Assembly: GCA_038250235.1 (NCBI GenBank)
Contig: JBBSCO010000004.1
Coordinates: forward strand, 4,645 to 68,644
Length of the DNA stretch: 64,000 bases
Direction of reading: 5' to 3'
From: Candidatus Methylacidiphilales bacterium
Lineage (GTDB): Bacteria; Verrucomicrobiota; Verrucomicrobiia; Methylacidiphilales; JAAUTS01
Shown: in pieces, positions 46,517 through 56,297 of the stretch
Position numbering within the stretch: the stretch's first letter is position 1
How the letters are laid out: each line of letters starts with the position of its first letter
The notes under the pieces: model-generated
Told to the model about the DNA's origin: nothing
The model's database searches: none
The model's input: the letters and a program-made list of their open reading frames with translations, nothing else
Translations under genes and position numbers: made by a program

Positions 46517-47824
46517 ATGACTTCCTCTCCCAACCCCGCACCAGCCCCGTCACTTCCCCCGGCGTCGAAAAAAAACAACAAGTCCAGATGGATCATTGCC
46601 GCCGTGATCCTTTTTCTGGTTTTGATTGTAGGACTGGTGTCACTTGCTGTTGTCGGGGTGGCCGGCGTTGCGGGTTACAGCTACTACACCAATCAAAAAA
46701 CAGAGGGCACCCCGGAATTGTTAACCCCTCAGAAACGACAGGCTGACTATCTGCTTTGGAGCCAATCGAGGCAAAAACTGGCTGATTGGAACGCAGGAGG
46801 CATTAATGCCGGCGCTTTTAAAAAAACACCCGGGCTGTGGGAACGCTGGTTTACCCTGCCCCCGGATTCCGTTGCGAGGAAAGTGTTCCAGGCCCGGCTT
46901 CCTGTCGGCTATAGGCTGAAAGACTTCACGCTGGGTGACTACGAAAAAAATGAAGAAGGCTACCATCTCACTTACCATGTTACGCTCATTGCCCAGGAAG
47001 ATCAGTTTTTGGCTCCAGTCCAAAGGTATCCTGCGGCGGCGAAGTCCAAAACATTCCTCCGTTACAGTCCTTACCTGATTCTTACTTCCGATCTTCCCGC
47101 CGGTCTGACCTATTCCACTTCCTCAGCCCGTAAAGTGTATGTGGCAGGACAGGCCGTTCCTCTGACCTGGGAAGTGCCTTTGGTGGCCAAGGTGGACGGA
47201 GCCTGGCGGGTGCTGGATGCGCATCCCCTGCCACTACAGCGGAATCCGGAGTTTGAGTATCGGGCATTTACGGAAAACGGTGGAATTGGAGCCTTGCTAT
47301 TGCGCAGCGGCACGGAACTCAGCGATGCCGCACAGCAGGCGGTGCTTCTGGCATCGGATCTGGATGCCCGGATTGTCTCCATTGAAGCCGAAAGTTCCAC
47401 CTACCGGCAGAGTCTGCTGGCTGGTCTTCCCGGTCGTGGTATTGACCGTGGAGGGGCTGGAGGAAGCGGGACACCGACCAAGGCGGGTATCGGCACCGTG
47501 GCAGGTGCGGGAACAGGTGCCCTGATCGGCGGATTGGCCGGGGGCGGGGATGGTGCCGCCATTGGTGCGGGAGCGGGAGCCGCAGCCGGTTTGTTGGGTG
47601 GATTTATTGTGGGCCGCAGCGATGAAAAACGTGCGGTGAAACGGCAGAACTCTGCGCGCGACAGTGCCCAGCGCCAGGCGGAATCAAGGGCGGTAAATCA
47701 CAAAGCTGGTTTGTACAAGGCTCTGGAGAATGAATTGAAACAGAAAGCTGCTCAGCATGATGCCGCCCTGCTGCGTGGCGGCTTTGGCGAACCGCCATAC
47801 CGTGTGCCTTCTGCGCTGGATTAG
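46517..47824 (+). CDS. membrane-anchored hypothetical protein with a C-terminal glycine-zipper segment
   Basis: ATG 46517 (MTSSPNPAPAP) preferred. TM WIIAAVILFLVLIVGLVSLAVVGVAGVAG. GIGTVAGAGTGALIGGLAGGGDGAAIGAGAGAAAGLLGG near the C-terminus. Confidence 0.5.
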   Translation: MTSSPNPAPAPSLPPASKKNNKSRWIIAAVILFLVLIVGLVSLAVVGVAGVAGYSYYTNQKTEGTPELLTPQKRQADYLLWSQSRQKLADWNAGGINAGAFKKTPGLWERWFTLPPDSVARKVFQARLPVGYRLKDFTLGDYEKNEEGYHLTYHVTLIAQEDQFLAPVQRYPAAAKSKTFLRYSPYLILTSDLPAGLTYSTSSARKVYVAGQAVPLTWEVPLVAKVDGAWRVLDAHPLPLQRNPEFEYRAFTENGGIGALLLRSGTELSDAAQQAVLLASDLDARIVSIEAESSTYRQSLLAGLPGRGIDRGGAGGSGTPTKAGIGTVAGAGTGALIGGLAGGGDGAAIGAGAGAAAGLLGGFIVGRSDEKRAVKRQNSARDSAQRQAESRAVNHKAGLYKALENELKQKAAQHDAALLRGGFGEPPYRVPSALD

Positions 47825-47839
47825 GATGGAATTCCAAGC

Positions 47840-48406
47840 TTGAATCCTGAAGTCAAAGAGTCAATTGTCAGGCTGGTCAAGCCCTTGCTAGTGGCCTTCC
47901 TTCTGATTGCGGCGGGAGGCTGGATGTTTTCCTTCGATGTGCCGGCGGGGGAGGATGTCAGCAACCGGGAACGCATGAAAGCCCTGGGGTTTGCTTTCGG
48001 AGGTTTTGTGTTGATCGCTGCGGGCTCCGGCATCCTGCTTTTTCCTTTGTCACGTTTGGTGAGTTCGTATTTTGAGTCACTGTTTTGGCCCGCCGATCTG
48101 GGAGTGGCCCCGGCCCTGCACAAGCTCCCGGAATGGTATCTGAAGGAGGGGCGTTATGCGGATGCTTTGGCGGAATATGAAAAAATGATCCGGAACCATC
48201 CCCGCATGGTGGAGGCCTATCAAGGCCTGTTGTATGTGCTTTATGCCTGTATGGGGGATGTTGCTTCAGCAGAGAAACGTTTCCGCCAAGCGCGAAGAAA
48301 AATTTCTCCCCGACAAAGGGGGGAATTCCAGTTCTATTACAGGGAGCTTCTGGAAAACCGGGCTGCCGCTCCGAATCACAGCCAGAAGAATCCCTGGGAA
48401 CACTAA
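47840..48406 (+). CDS. two-TM protein with a TPR-like C-terminal segment, hypothetical
   Basis: GRYADALAEYEKMIRNHPRMVEAYQGLLYVLYACGD is TPR-like. Confidence 0.4.
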   Translation: MNPEVKESIVRLVKPLLVAFLLIAAGGWMFSFDVPAGEDVSNRERMKALGFAFGGFVLIAAGSGILLFPLSRLVSSYFESLFWPADLGVAPALHKLPEWYLKEGRYADALAEYEKMIRNHPRMVEAYQGLLYVLYACMGDVASAEKRFRQARRKISPRQRGEFQFYYRELLENRAAAPNHSQKNPWEH

Positions 48407-48451
48407 AAAGCGGGGTTGCCCGTGCCTCCATCCCCGCTAAGGTCGCCTGTC

Positions 48452-49114
48452 ATGCCAAATGAAATTTTCAAAACCAAGCTGGTGGTTTTCGACTGTGACA
48501 GCACCCTGAGCGCTTTGGAAGGCGTTGATGAATTGGCGGCGCTGCGCGGCCCGGAAATTTTCAAAGCCTGTGAGCAGATGACGCTGGATGCCATGGAGGG
48601 CCGTATCTTGATCGAGTCCGTCTTTGGGAACCGTTTGGAGAAAATCCGGCCCCATCGGGATGAGGTGGCCCTTATCGCCCAACATTACATAGACACCATG
48701 GAGCCAACCATTCAGGAGAGCTTGGCCCAGCTCAGAAACAACGGTTGGGAACCTGCTATTTTGAGCGGAGGCTTTACCCAGGCGATTGAACCCCTGGCCA
48801 GTCTGTTGGGAATTTCAAGGGTGGAGGCTGTGCCTCTGCTGTTCCATTCAGACGGAAGTTATACCGGATATGGTGAACAGGCCCCTACCACACGAAATGG
48901 AGGGAAGCCGGAGGTTTTACAGAGATGGCGAAAGGAGGAATCTTTCAAGACCATCGTGATGGTGGGAGATGGTTTCAGCGATCTGGAGACCAAAGGGACC
49001 GCAGATCTGTTTGTCGGCTTTGGCCGCTACGTCCGGCGGCCCAAAGTCGAGCAGGAAGCCGATGCTTTTATTTTATCTATGGCGGAGTTGCCGGAGCTTC
49101 TGAAGAGGTTTTAA
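48452..49114 (+). CDS. HAD-IB family hydrolase (phosphoserine phosphatase SerB-like)
   Basis: LVVFDCDSTLS (DxDxT), ILSGGF, MVGDGFSDLE. ATG 48452 preferred. Confidence 0.7.
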   Translation: MPNEIFKTKLVVFDCDSTLSALEGVDELAALRGPEIFKACEQMTLDAMEGRILIESVFGNRLEKIRPHRDEVALIAQHYIDTMEPTIQESLAQLRNNGWEPAILSGGFTQAIEPLASLLGISRVEAVPLLFHSDGSYTGYGEQAPTTRNGGKPEVLQRWRKEESFKTIVMVGDGFSDLETKGTADLFVGFGRYVRRPKVEQEADAFILSMAELPELLKRF

Positions 49115-51347
49115 TTCTTGGCAAGATCCGGAATTCCAGAGGCCTGCTGCTGTCCAGATGAATATCCCGTTGAGGGAATGGGATGGAGATCTTGGCTTTT
49201 TCCAACGCTTCAGAAATCCGATGACGGGCTTCGCTGGTGGCGTCCACCCGCTCCTCAGAAGAGGTTGAAAAAAGAATTTTAAACAACAAGGCGTTATCGC
49301 CGAAGTCAGCAAATAAAACAGCCGGTGCAGGTTCGGCCAGAACGCCATCGATCGACTGGATGGTTTTTAGGAGAATATCGGAGACCTCCCGGGTGGGGCT
49401 TCCATAGCCGACGCCGATTTCAATGGAAGTTCGTATGATGGAATCCGAAAGTGTCCAGTTCACGATCACATTTTCCAGAAGATAGCTGTTGGGAACGATA
49501 CGTTGGGTGTTATCCAGTGCTTTCACCCGTGTGCTGCGGGCTCCGATGTGTTCAACTTTTACCACGTCTCCCTCAATCTGGATGGTGTCCCCCTCGTTGA
49601 TCGGGCGTTCGAATAAAAGGATCAGGCCGCTGATAAAATTTTTGATTATGTCCTGGCTGCCGAAGCCAACACCCAAGGCCAGTGCTCCGCTGATGATGGT
49701 AAGTGAGGTCAGGGAAAAATTAAAATACTCAAAAATACCCATGCAAAAGGCGACAATAATTGTGTAATAAACAAGCTTTTGATAGGCAGAAGCAGCTCCC
49801 GAGGCGATACCGTAATGGAGGAGTATTTTCCGGCCGAGCAGATTGCTGACAGTCCAGGCTACGGTGAGTCCGATGCTCAACCAGAACAAAACCCAGAAAA
49901 GGGTGGAGATCCGGAAAGCACGGTCTTCCAAAAGGAAAAGTTCTTTATACCAAAAGGCTTTCAGGAAATTCCAAGAGTTTTCCTGCAATGCCCGCCAGGA
50001 AAACTTGCTGCTTCCCGCGTCTAGTTCATCCAAGAGACGGCCTGAAAGTTGAATGATAGCCTTGGTGCTCCAAATCTCTTCCTGAAAACTCGAGATTAGA
50101 TCTGCTTGATGGCGGATGGAGGTTTCGGTCCATATCAAAACGTCTTTGTCTGTGCTTTCCCGCGCCCTGGATCTTAGTGCCTCGAGTTTTTTCCGGGCGC
50201 TTTCCATACTGGTTGTCAGGTAATCAAACTGAGGCTCCAATCTTTCGCGTGCTTCTTCCATGGCTTTGATCCAGCCTTTTTTGTCCGCTGGTTTAGCCCT
50301 ATCTTTATAGAGTTCGTAGCGGTCATGCATGATTTTGCGGGTGAGAACAATTTGTTCCTGCCAGGTTTCGTTCAGGCTGTTTCTACGTTGGGCTGCCATG
50401 AGTCCAGTTTGTGCTGCTTCCATGCGGGCCTTCTCTGCCGGTGTTGCGAGAGGAGAATCTGTGGTATTTTTTTCGAGATCCTTTTGCGCTAAACCCAGCT
50501 TTTTCTGCGCTTCTTTCAGCGATTCCTTGATGGCCAGTTCCTGAGTATCATATTGGCGTTTGGTTTCACGCCAGGCGGAGTCATCCAGTTTGAGATTTTC
50601 CTGAATAAAGCGTATCTGAGGTCTCAGCAGTTGTTTCCTCAGATCAAGAATTTCTTTTTTTAGTTTGGTGTTAGCACTGTTGATCTGGCTGCGGACCAGT
50701 TGGGCCAAGTTTACGCGGCTTTGTAGCTTGGCAGCGCTGGTTGAGACGGTCAGTTCCTCCGCAAGATCCTTGGCCAACCTTCTGGATTCCTCGCTTTTCT
50801 TATAAGCATCCAAATCCCGTGCCAGTAGGTCATCAGATTGAACCGAGGCGTCGAGAGCCAGACGTGTTTCCTCTTCGAGATTTTCTTGTACTTCATAGAG
50901 GACGTCCAGTTTTCCCAAGTCGTAGGGCTTGGTGAATTTTTCATTGATTTGCGCTTCCAGAGGTAACTGGGAAACTTTTGACAAGGCATTTTTTTCTTTT
51001 TCAAGAGACTCTGCCACTGTCAGCGCCTCCTCCTGCCTGGCCAGAGCGGCATCCAGATCAATGAGGAGCCGTATCTGTTCTTTGTAAAGTTCGGGTTCTT
51101 TCTGAAGGGTTTTCAGGACATTTTGAAGGAGGGTGCGGTGTTCTTTGACTTCTTTCAGTTCGGGCAGTTTATCATCGGATCCGGCTGTGCTAGCAGTAGA
51201 TGCCGTCTGTTCTTTCTTTGTCGTTTCGGCTGCCGGAAAAAGGGGATTTTGGGCCTTTGAAAAGCCAGTAGTGAGAAAGAAAAGCAGAAGGGTCAAGGCC
51301 GGAGCCCCCAGAAAGGGGAACGACCGCAGAACGGGGATTAGTATCAT
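49077..51347 (-). CDS. mechanosensitive ion channel (MscS/MscK family) with a long periplasmic coiled-coil N-terminus
   Basis: C-terminal FERPINEGDTIQIEGDVVKVEHIGARSTRVKALDNTQRIVPNS. Signal-like start MILIPVLRSFPFLGAPALTLLLF at 51347. The ORF N-terminal extension to 51650 overlaps the GT2 gene. Confidence 0.8.
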   Translation of the reverse strand: MILIPVLRSFPFLGAPALTLLLFFLTTGFSKAQNPLFPAAETTKKEQTASTASTAGSDDKLPELKEVKEHRTLLQNVLKTLQKEPELYKEQIRLLIDLDAALARQEEALTVAESLEKEKNALSKVSQLPLEAQINEKFTKPYDLGKLDVLYEVQENLEEETRLALDASVQSDDLLARDLDAYKKSEESRRLAKDLAEELTVSTSAAKLQSRVNLAQLVRSQINSANTKLKKEILDLRKQLLRPQIRFIQENLKLDDSAWRETKRQYDTQELAIKESLKEAQKKLGLAQKDLEKNTTDSPLATPAEKARMEAAQTGLMAAQRRNSLNETWQEQIVLTRKIMHDRYELYKDRAKPADKKGWIKAMEEARERLEPQFDYLTTSMESARKKLEALRSRARESTDKDVLIWTETSIRHQADLISSFQEEIWSTKAIIQLSGRLLDELDAGSSKFSWRALQENSWNFLKAFWYKELFLLEDRAFRISTLFWVLFWLSIGLTVAWTVSNLLGRKILLHYGIASGAASAYQKLVYYTIIVAFCMGIFEYFNFSLTSLTIISGALALGVGFGSQDIIKNFISGLILLFERPINEGDTIQIEGDVVKVEHIGARSTRVKALDNTQRIVPNSYLLENVIVNWTLSDSIIRTSIEIGVGYGSPTREVSDILLKTIQSIDGVLAEPAPAVLFADFGDNALLFKILFSTSSEERVDATSEARHRISEALEKAKISIPFPQRDIHLDSSRPLEFRILPRIKTSSEAPATPP

Positions 51348-51457
51348 TGGGTTGGAGGTTACAGATCCCGGGCGGTAATGCCAAGGGTTGCCTGTGAAAC
51401 AAAAAAAAGGCGGATGGGTTACATCCGCCCCGGGCATGGGTTCCGTCAGTGAGAAAA

Positions 51458-52225
51458 TCAGGCCCTGAGCCAGGCAATCAGGAGTTTGAAGGAAAGAAGC
51501 GATTCTGCCAGAACGCGTTGTCCGGTGTAAATCCAACCGGCTTTCCCACCGAAAAAACAACCTTTGTGGAAGAGGGTAAAAAACAAAACGGCTGGTGGGG
51601 CGGGAAGAATGAATTTGCGGAGTTTGTCCTGGATGCGTAGTTCTGACCATGGGGTGTGAAAAAGCTTTTCTACTTCCATATCAGCATATTTTTCCTGGGA
51701 AGACCACCAGCGTGAGAAGGGTTTTCGGTCATCGTGCCAGACAGGTTCCTGAAATGCTTTTACGTGACCTTGTACAATGAACGTTTGGGTGTGACCATCT
51801 TTGACTACATGTGTGGATGCCGGACGAAATAAAGTGATGCGCGGCGGCAGCAGGGAGTTTTTTAGAGGATGTCCATGGATACAGTATCGAAAAGGAATCT
51901 TAAATCCGTGTACAGTTTCGGGAACCTCCAGCAGTCTCAATTCATTGATGAAAGCCGGTGTTAGAAAGTAGTCGGCATCCAGGGCAAGCATCCAGGGCGT
52001 GGGCACAAGGGTGATGGCATAATTCCATTGGTGGGCGAATGATTGAAATGGGTGCGTATGCCATTGTACGCGTGGATTGGAGCGGCAAATCCATTCGGTG
52101 TCATCGGTGCTGCCACTGTCCAAAACTATGATACTCTCCGCCCAATGCAGGGATTCCAAGGTGCGGGTGATGTTCGCTTCCTCATTGAAAGTAAGGATGA
52201 CCGGGGTGATTTCAGCGGGGGTCAT
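51458..52225 (-). CDS. family 2 glycosyltransferase
   Basis: PVILTFNEEANITRTLESL, IVLDSGSTDDT, ALDADY. ATG 52225 (MTPAEI) overlaps the upstream stop by 14 nt. Confidence 0.8.
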   Translation of the reverse strand: MTPAEITPVILTFNEEANITRTLESLHWAESIIVLDSGSTDDTEWICRSNPRVQWHTHPFQSFAHQWNYAITLVPTPWMLALDADYFLTPAFINELRLLEVPETVHGFKIPFRYCIHGHPLKNSLLPPRITLFRPASTHVVKDGHTQTFIVQGHVKAFQEPVWHDDRKPFSRWWSSQEKYADMEVEKLFHTPWSELRIQDKLRKFILPAPPAVLFFTLFHKGCFFGGKAGWIYTGQRVLAESLLSFKLLIAWLRA

Positions 52226-53342
52226 TGAGCAGGCTTTCGAAGTGGCTGAGGAATTTTCCGGAAATGAAGGAGGGATGGAATTTTTTAACAGTCTCCAGAG
52301 CGTTTGTCCGCATGGTCTGCAGAAGTTTAGGGTCTTCCAGCAGGTTGTGAATGCAGGTGGCGAGTTCGGCGGCAGGCTCGTGTTCACTGTGGTGATTGAA
52401 GGACCAGCCATTGTGACCTGAGCGCAGCCAGTCACTGAAAACCGGATTACTGCTGACGATGGGTACACAGCCGCAGGCCATTGCTTCGATTGGTGCGATA
52501 GGCATGGCTTCTCCCTTGTCTGCCAGAGTGGGATAGCAAAAAATTGAATGTTGCCGGTAAATCTTGGCTAGATCGCATGCACCGAAAACGGGTGGTTGGA
52601 AAAGCACCGGAAAACTGAAAGCAAGGGATTTGAGCCGCTTGAGATACGAAGAACCACCACCACCTTCGCTTGTGTTGGAGGGTCCGACGATAGTCAGAGT
52701 GGCCTCGGGAAAATGTGGATGAATTTTGGAAAAAGCCTTGATCAGAACATCGACACCTTTTTCCGGATGAATTCTTCCAATGTATAGGATGCTTTTGGGT
52801 TTGTGAGGGACTGTGTTGTCCGGGAAAAAACTGCAGGCATCATAAGGGTTGGCAATGCAAGCGAGTTTTTGCGTCAGACTGGGTGTTTGTTTTTCAATGG
52901 CCCTGGCCAGGGCCAGAGTCGGTGTGACGAGAAGCCCGGCTCTACCATAAAGTAGCATTTGATACTTGGGGAAGCGGTTGACGGAGACCACGATGGCGCC
53001 GGAGCGGGTGGCGAGTAGGGGCGCGAGAAAGGGCAGCCAAAAATCATTGGTGATAAAGATGTCACCATCCGGGAGGCGGCGGCAGAGGCTCCATGCGTAA
53101 AAAAAATCCCGGATCAGGTTGAAAAGGGTTCGCGAGCTTTGATTGAAGCCTCCATGCCGCAGGATTTGGACGTTTCCGTGCATTTCTTTGGCAGGTTGAG
53201 CTCTGGTTCTCCGTGCAAGGATGGTTACCTCGTGGCCTTCACTGGCAAATAAAGGAGACAAAGCCGCCCAGACGCGGATCATCCCGCCGCCGCGGGTAGC
53301 GGGATAGGGGAAGCAGGGGCCGGTTGCGATGGTGATACGCAT
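52212..53342 (-). CDS. family 4 (GT-B) glycosyltransferase
   Basis: ILYIGRIHPEKGVDVLIKAF, GEAMPIAPIEAMACGCVPIVS (EX7E region). Confidence 0.8.
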   Translation of the reverse strand: MRITIATGPCFPYPATRGGGMIRVWAALSPLFASEGHEVTILARRTRAQPAKEMHGNVQILRHGGFNQSSRTLFNLIRDFFYAWSLCRRLPDGDIFITNDFWLPFLAPLLATRSGAIVVSVNRFPKYQMLLYGRAGLLVTPTLALARAIEKQTPSLTQKLACIANPYDACSFFPDNTVPHKPKSILYIGRIHPEKGVDVLIKAFSKIHPHFPEATLTIVGPSNTSEGGGGSSYLKRLKSLAFSFPVLFQPPVFGACDLAKIYRQHSIFCYPTLADKGEAMPIAPIEAMACGCVPIVSSNPVFSDWLRSGHNGWSFNHHSEHEPAAELATCIHNLLEDPKLLQTMRTNALETVKKFHPSFISGKFLSHFESLLNDPR

Positions 53343-53343
53343 G

Positions 53344-54528
53344 TCAGTCGGTCCGGACAAAGGAAGGAGGCGGCCCTCCGCTCAAAATCCAAGCATAGAA
53401 GAGGGACATTTTTTGGGCAATAACCGACCAAGATAATTCCAGGGAGGCATAGTCTTTGCCTGCCAGGCCCATTGTTGCCAAAGCAGGTGGAGGTAGTAGG
53501 AGAGCCGTTGCAAGTGTTTGTCTGAGGGAATCGACAGACATGGGAATCCACCAGCCGCATTTATTATGGTTCAGGATTTCCCAAGGAGTGCCGTGGGTTG
53601 TAATGACAGGTGTCCCGTGGGCGAGAGCTTCCGCCACTACAATGCCAAAGTTTTCTTCGTGGCTGGGAAGAATGAAAAGTTCAGCGTGTTCCAGAAGACT
53701 TTCTTTGAGACTTCCGGAAACAGGCGGATGTAAGTAAATGCGTTTCCCCATGCCGGTCGAGCGGATGGCAGCTTCTATTACAGGCCGGTAATTGCTGAGA
53801 TCAGGACCTACCAGCAGTAGCAACCAGTCCTTTTGATTTTCTTCAGGAAGTCTTGACCAGGCTTCCACGAGTTCCAGCAACCCCTTTTTCGGATGAATGC
53901 GACTCATAAAAAGAGCCAGACGTTTTCCTTTCAATTCCGGAAATGATTTTTCAATTATCTTTTTGCAACTTGGATTTGGAGAGGTTGGGTTGATCCCATT
54001 GGGGATAACAGCTATTGGTTGGGTGAACCCTGCCAGTCGGATAGCATCGGCTTCTTGACCGGAGGTGGCATGAAAGGCAAAAGCAGAGTTGAGATCAGAA
54101 TGTTCATGCAGATGCCAGACAAGACGTTTTTTAAAAGCTGAGTTGGCAAGAGCCCAAGAACCGAGCATTCCTCTGGGAGAGACAATGTAGGGTTTTTGTT
54201 TCCGCGCCGCAGAACGTGCAGCATAGTGATTAGGGAACATCCAAAGACCATGATTGTGGACAATAGATGCCCGATGAGCTTCCCGCTCGATGGCCAGAGC
54301 AAGTGAAGGTGACCAGCCTCTAAGTGGCCGGGTTAATATATTGGGGCGAATGGCTGTCAGGATCTTGGGAGACAATAAGGGAAGTGGACCATGTTCTTCG
54401 TAATTCAGGCAGAGAAGGCGTACTGAAATGTGCTGTTCAGGAAGTGTTTCGAGCAGGTTGGGAACGGATTGAGCCGGGCCTCCGACAGCAGGGTTAATGG
54501 AGGCAACAACGTGAAGGACAGGGGACAT
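53344..54528 (-). CDS. family 4 (GT-B) glycosyltransferase
   Basis: LFMSRIHPKKGLLELVEAW, PSHEENFGIVVAEALAHGTPVITT. Confidence 0.8.
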   Translation of the reverse strand: MSPVLHVVASINPAVGGPAQSVPNLLETLPEQHISVRLLCLNYEEHGPLPLLSPKILTAIRPNILTRPLRGWSPSLALAIEREAHRASIVHNHGLWMFPNHYAARSAARKQKPYIVSPRGMLGSWALANSAFKKRLVWHLHEHSDLNSAFAFHATSGQEADAIRLAGFTQPIAVIPNGINPTSPNPSCKKIIEKSFPELKGKRLALFMSRIHPKKGLLELVEAWSRLPEENQKDWLLLLVGPDLSNYRPVIEAAIRSTGMGKRIYLHPPVSGSLKESLLEHAELFILPSHEENFGIVVAEALAHGTPVITTHGTPWEILNHNKCGWWIPMSVDSLRQTLATALLLPPPALATMGLAGKDYASLELSWSVIAQKMSLFYAWILSGGPPPSFVRTD

Positions 54529-54530
54529 GA

Positions 54531-56297
54531 CTAAAGTGATAGACCGTGTTTGTCCATCCAGTGAAACAGAGAGATCAGTGCATTTTTTTGATACCACGTG
54601 CGGGTAAGAGAAGACCAGTCAGGAGGAATAAGATCTTCAAATTCGCGCAGTGGACCGCGGAACCAGGAATCATAGGGCAGAGAGAATCCCTGTTTGGGGC
54701 GTCGGAAGACGTCTTGCGGAATCGAGGGAAGGCATTTTTGGAGAAGTTGTTTTTCGATGTCGAAGCGAATGGAGGCTGGAAGCGAGGCCCCTGTGCGCCA
54801 GAGGACTTCATCAAGGAAGGGGTGCCGGAGTTCAACGCTGTGCGCCATGCTGCAGGCGTCACCATCACGAAGGAGCTGGCGCTGGAGGTATTGGTGGAAT
54901 TCCATGAAGGCGACCTGGCTCTGGCCCAAAGACCATTCGGATCCGGTGGGAGCGGGAGTGTCTGTTGTCAGGGTATCGGAATGAAGACCGCGGGAAAGGA
55001 GCATGGTGTGAATGAGCTGGCGGGGGAAAATGCCGCGGTAGCAGCGATATGCATGGGACCAGGTGAGCGGGCCGGAAGCCCAATCCACCATGCGTGCGAG
55101 GCGGGTGGCGCCCAGAAGCGGTGCCAGGTGGTGGAGGGAAGAGAGGGGGAGATAGCGGAGCAGGGAAATGATTTTTGGGATACGGGTGAATGAGGGATAA
55201 CCGCCAAGTAATTCATCGCCGCCGATCCCGGTGAGCATGACCTTAAGGTCGTGCTGCCTGCAGGCATGACTAACGCAGAAAATATTGAAGCCATCCATGG
55301 AAGGTAGGTCCTGGGCGTGGAGATGGCCTTGATAGAGGGAATGGACGGCTTGGTCCTCCAGGAAAAAATTGGCGTGGGGTGTGCCAAAGTGGGAGGCGAT
55401 ACGCGCAGCGTCGGAGTTCTCTTCCCGGTGGTTACCCGGGAAGCCCAGGGTGAGGGCGAGCTGGGGATGGATGCCGAGGGCGGCTGCTGCTGCGAGGATT
55501 GAGGAAGAGTCCACGCCGCCGCTAAGGAAGAGTCCCACGGGGACATCGCTGATGAAGTGACGGCGGACAGAGTCTAGCCAGGCCTCGCGAAAGTCGTCGG
55601 GAGTGGCGTTGTTTTCACGCAGACTGATGGGAATGGAGCTGAACTGCTCGGATGATAGGGTGCCATCCTTCCATTGCCAACATGTTCCGGGGGGTAGGGT
55701 GGTGATACCCTCAATAAGGTTTTCGCCGCCGCACCCCCATAATAAATAGTCGGCCACGGCGGCGGGGCTCAGGCGGGTTGAGGTGATGCCGCTGCGCAGC
55801 AGGGTGCGCACTTCGGAGGCGAAGGCCAGGCCTTGGCCGGACTGGGCCACATAAAGGGGTTTCATGCCGAAGGGGTCGCGGGCAAGGAGCAGACGTTTTT
55901 CGGTCGAGTCCCAAAGGGCAAGGGCAAACATACCGCGGAGTAGCAGAAGTGCACCGGGGCCGCGGTGGATGAGCAGGCGGAGGATGACCTCGGTGTCGGA
56001 GGAGGTGAGGAAGGGGATGCCCTCTTTTTCCAAGTCGGCGCGGAGATCGCGGTAGTTGTAGATTTCTCCGTTGAAGATGAGGTGGTAGCGTCCGTCGAAC
56101 GTCATAGGTTGGCGTGAGCGCTCAGTAAGGTCGATGATAGAGAGTCGGGTGTGGGCGAGGAGGGCAGGACCGGCAGGATCGAAGTAGTGGCCGCTGCCGT
56201 CGGGTCCGCGGTGATGCATCGCCTGGCAAAGCAGACGGGCGTGTTCCTCAGGTGAGGGGTGGGGGGAGACGCCTACGAGACCAGCTATGCCGCACAT
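54531..56297 (-). CDS. glutamine-hydrolysing asparagine synthase-like amidotransferase (EPS-locus type)
   Basis: MCGIAGLVG N-terminal nucleophile (ATG 56297), GPDGSG, SGGVDSS PP-loop. Confidence 0.85.
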   Translation of the reverse strand: MCGIAGLVGVSPHPSPEEHARLLCQAMHHRGPDGSGHYFDPAGPALLAHTRLSIIDLTERSRQPMTFDGRYHLIFNGEIYNYRDLRADLEKEGIPFLTSSDTEVILRLLIHRGPGALLLLRGMFALALWDSTEKRLLLARDPFGMKPLYVAQSGQGLAFASEVRTLLRSGITSTRLSPAAVADYLLWGCGGENLIEGITTLPPGTCWQWKDGTLSSEQFSSIPISLRENNATPDDFREAWLDSVRRHFISDVPVGLFLSGGVDSSSILAAAAALGIHPQLALTLGFPGNHREENSDAARIASHFGTPHANFFLEDQAVHSLYQGHLHAQDLPSMDGFNIFCVSHACRQHDLKVMLTGIGGDELLGGYPSFTRIPKIISLLRYLPLSSLHHLAPLLGATRLARMVDWASGPLTWSHAYRCYRGIFPRQLIHTMLLSRGLHSDTLTTDTPAPTGSEWSLGQSQVAFMEFHQYLQRQLLRDGDACSMAHSVELRHPFLDEVLWRTGASLPASIRFDIEKQLLQKCLPSIPQDVFRRPKQGFSLPYDSWFRGPLREFEDLIPPDWSSLTRTWYQKNALISLFHWMDKHGLSL

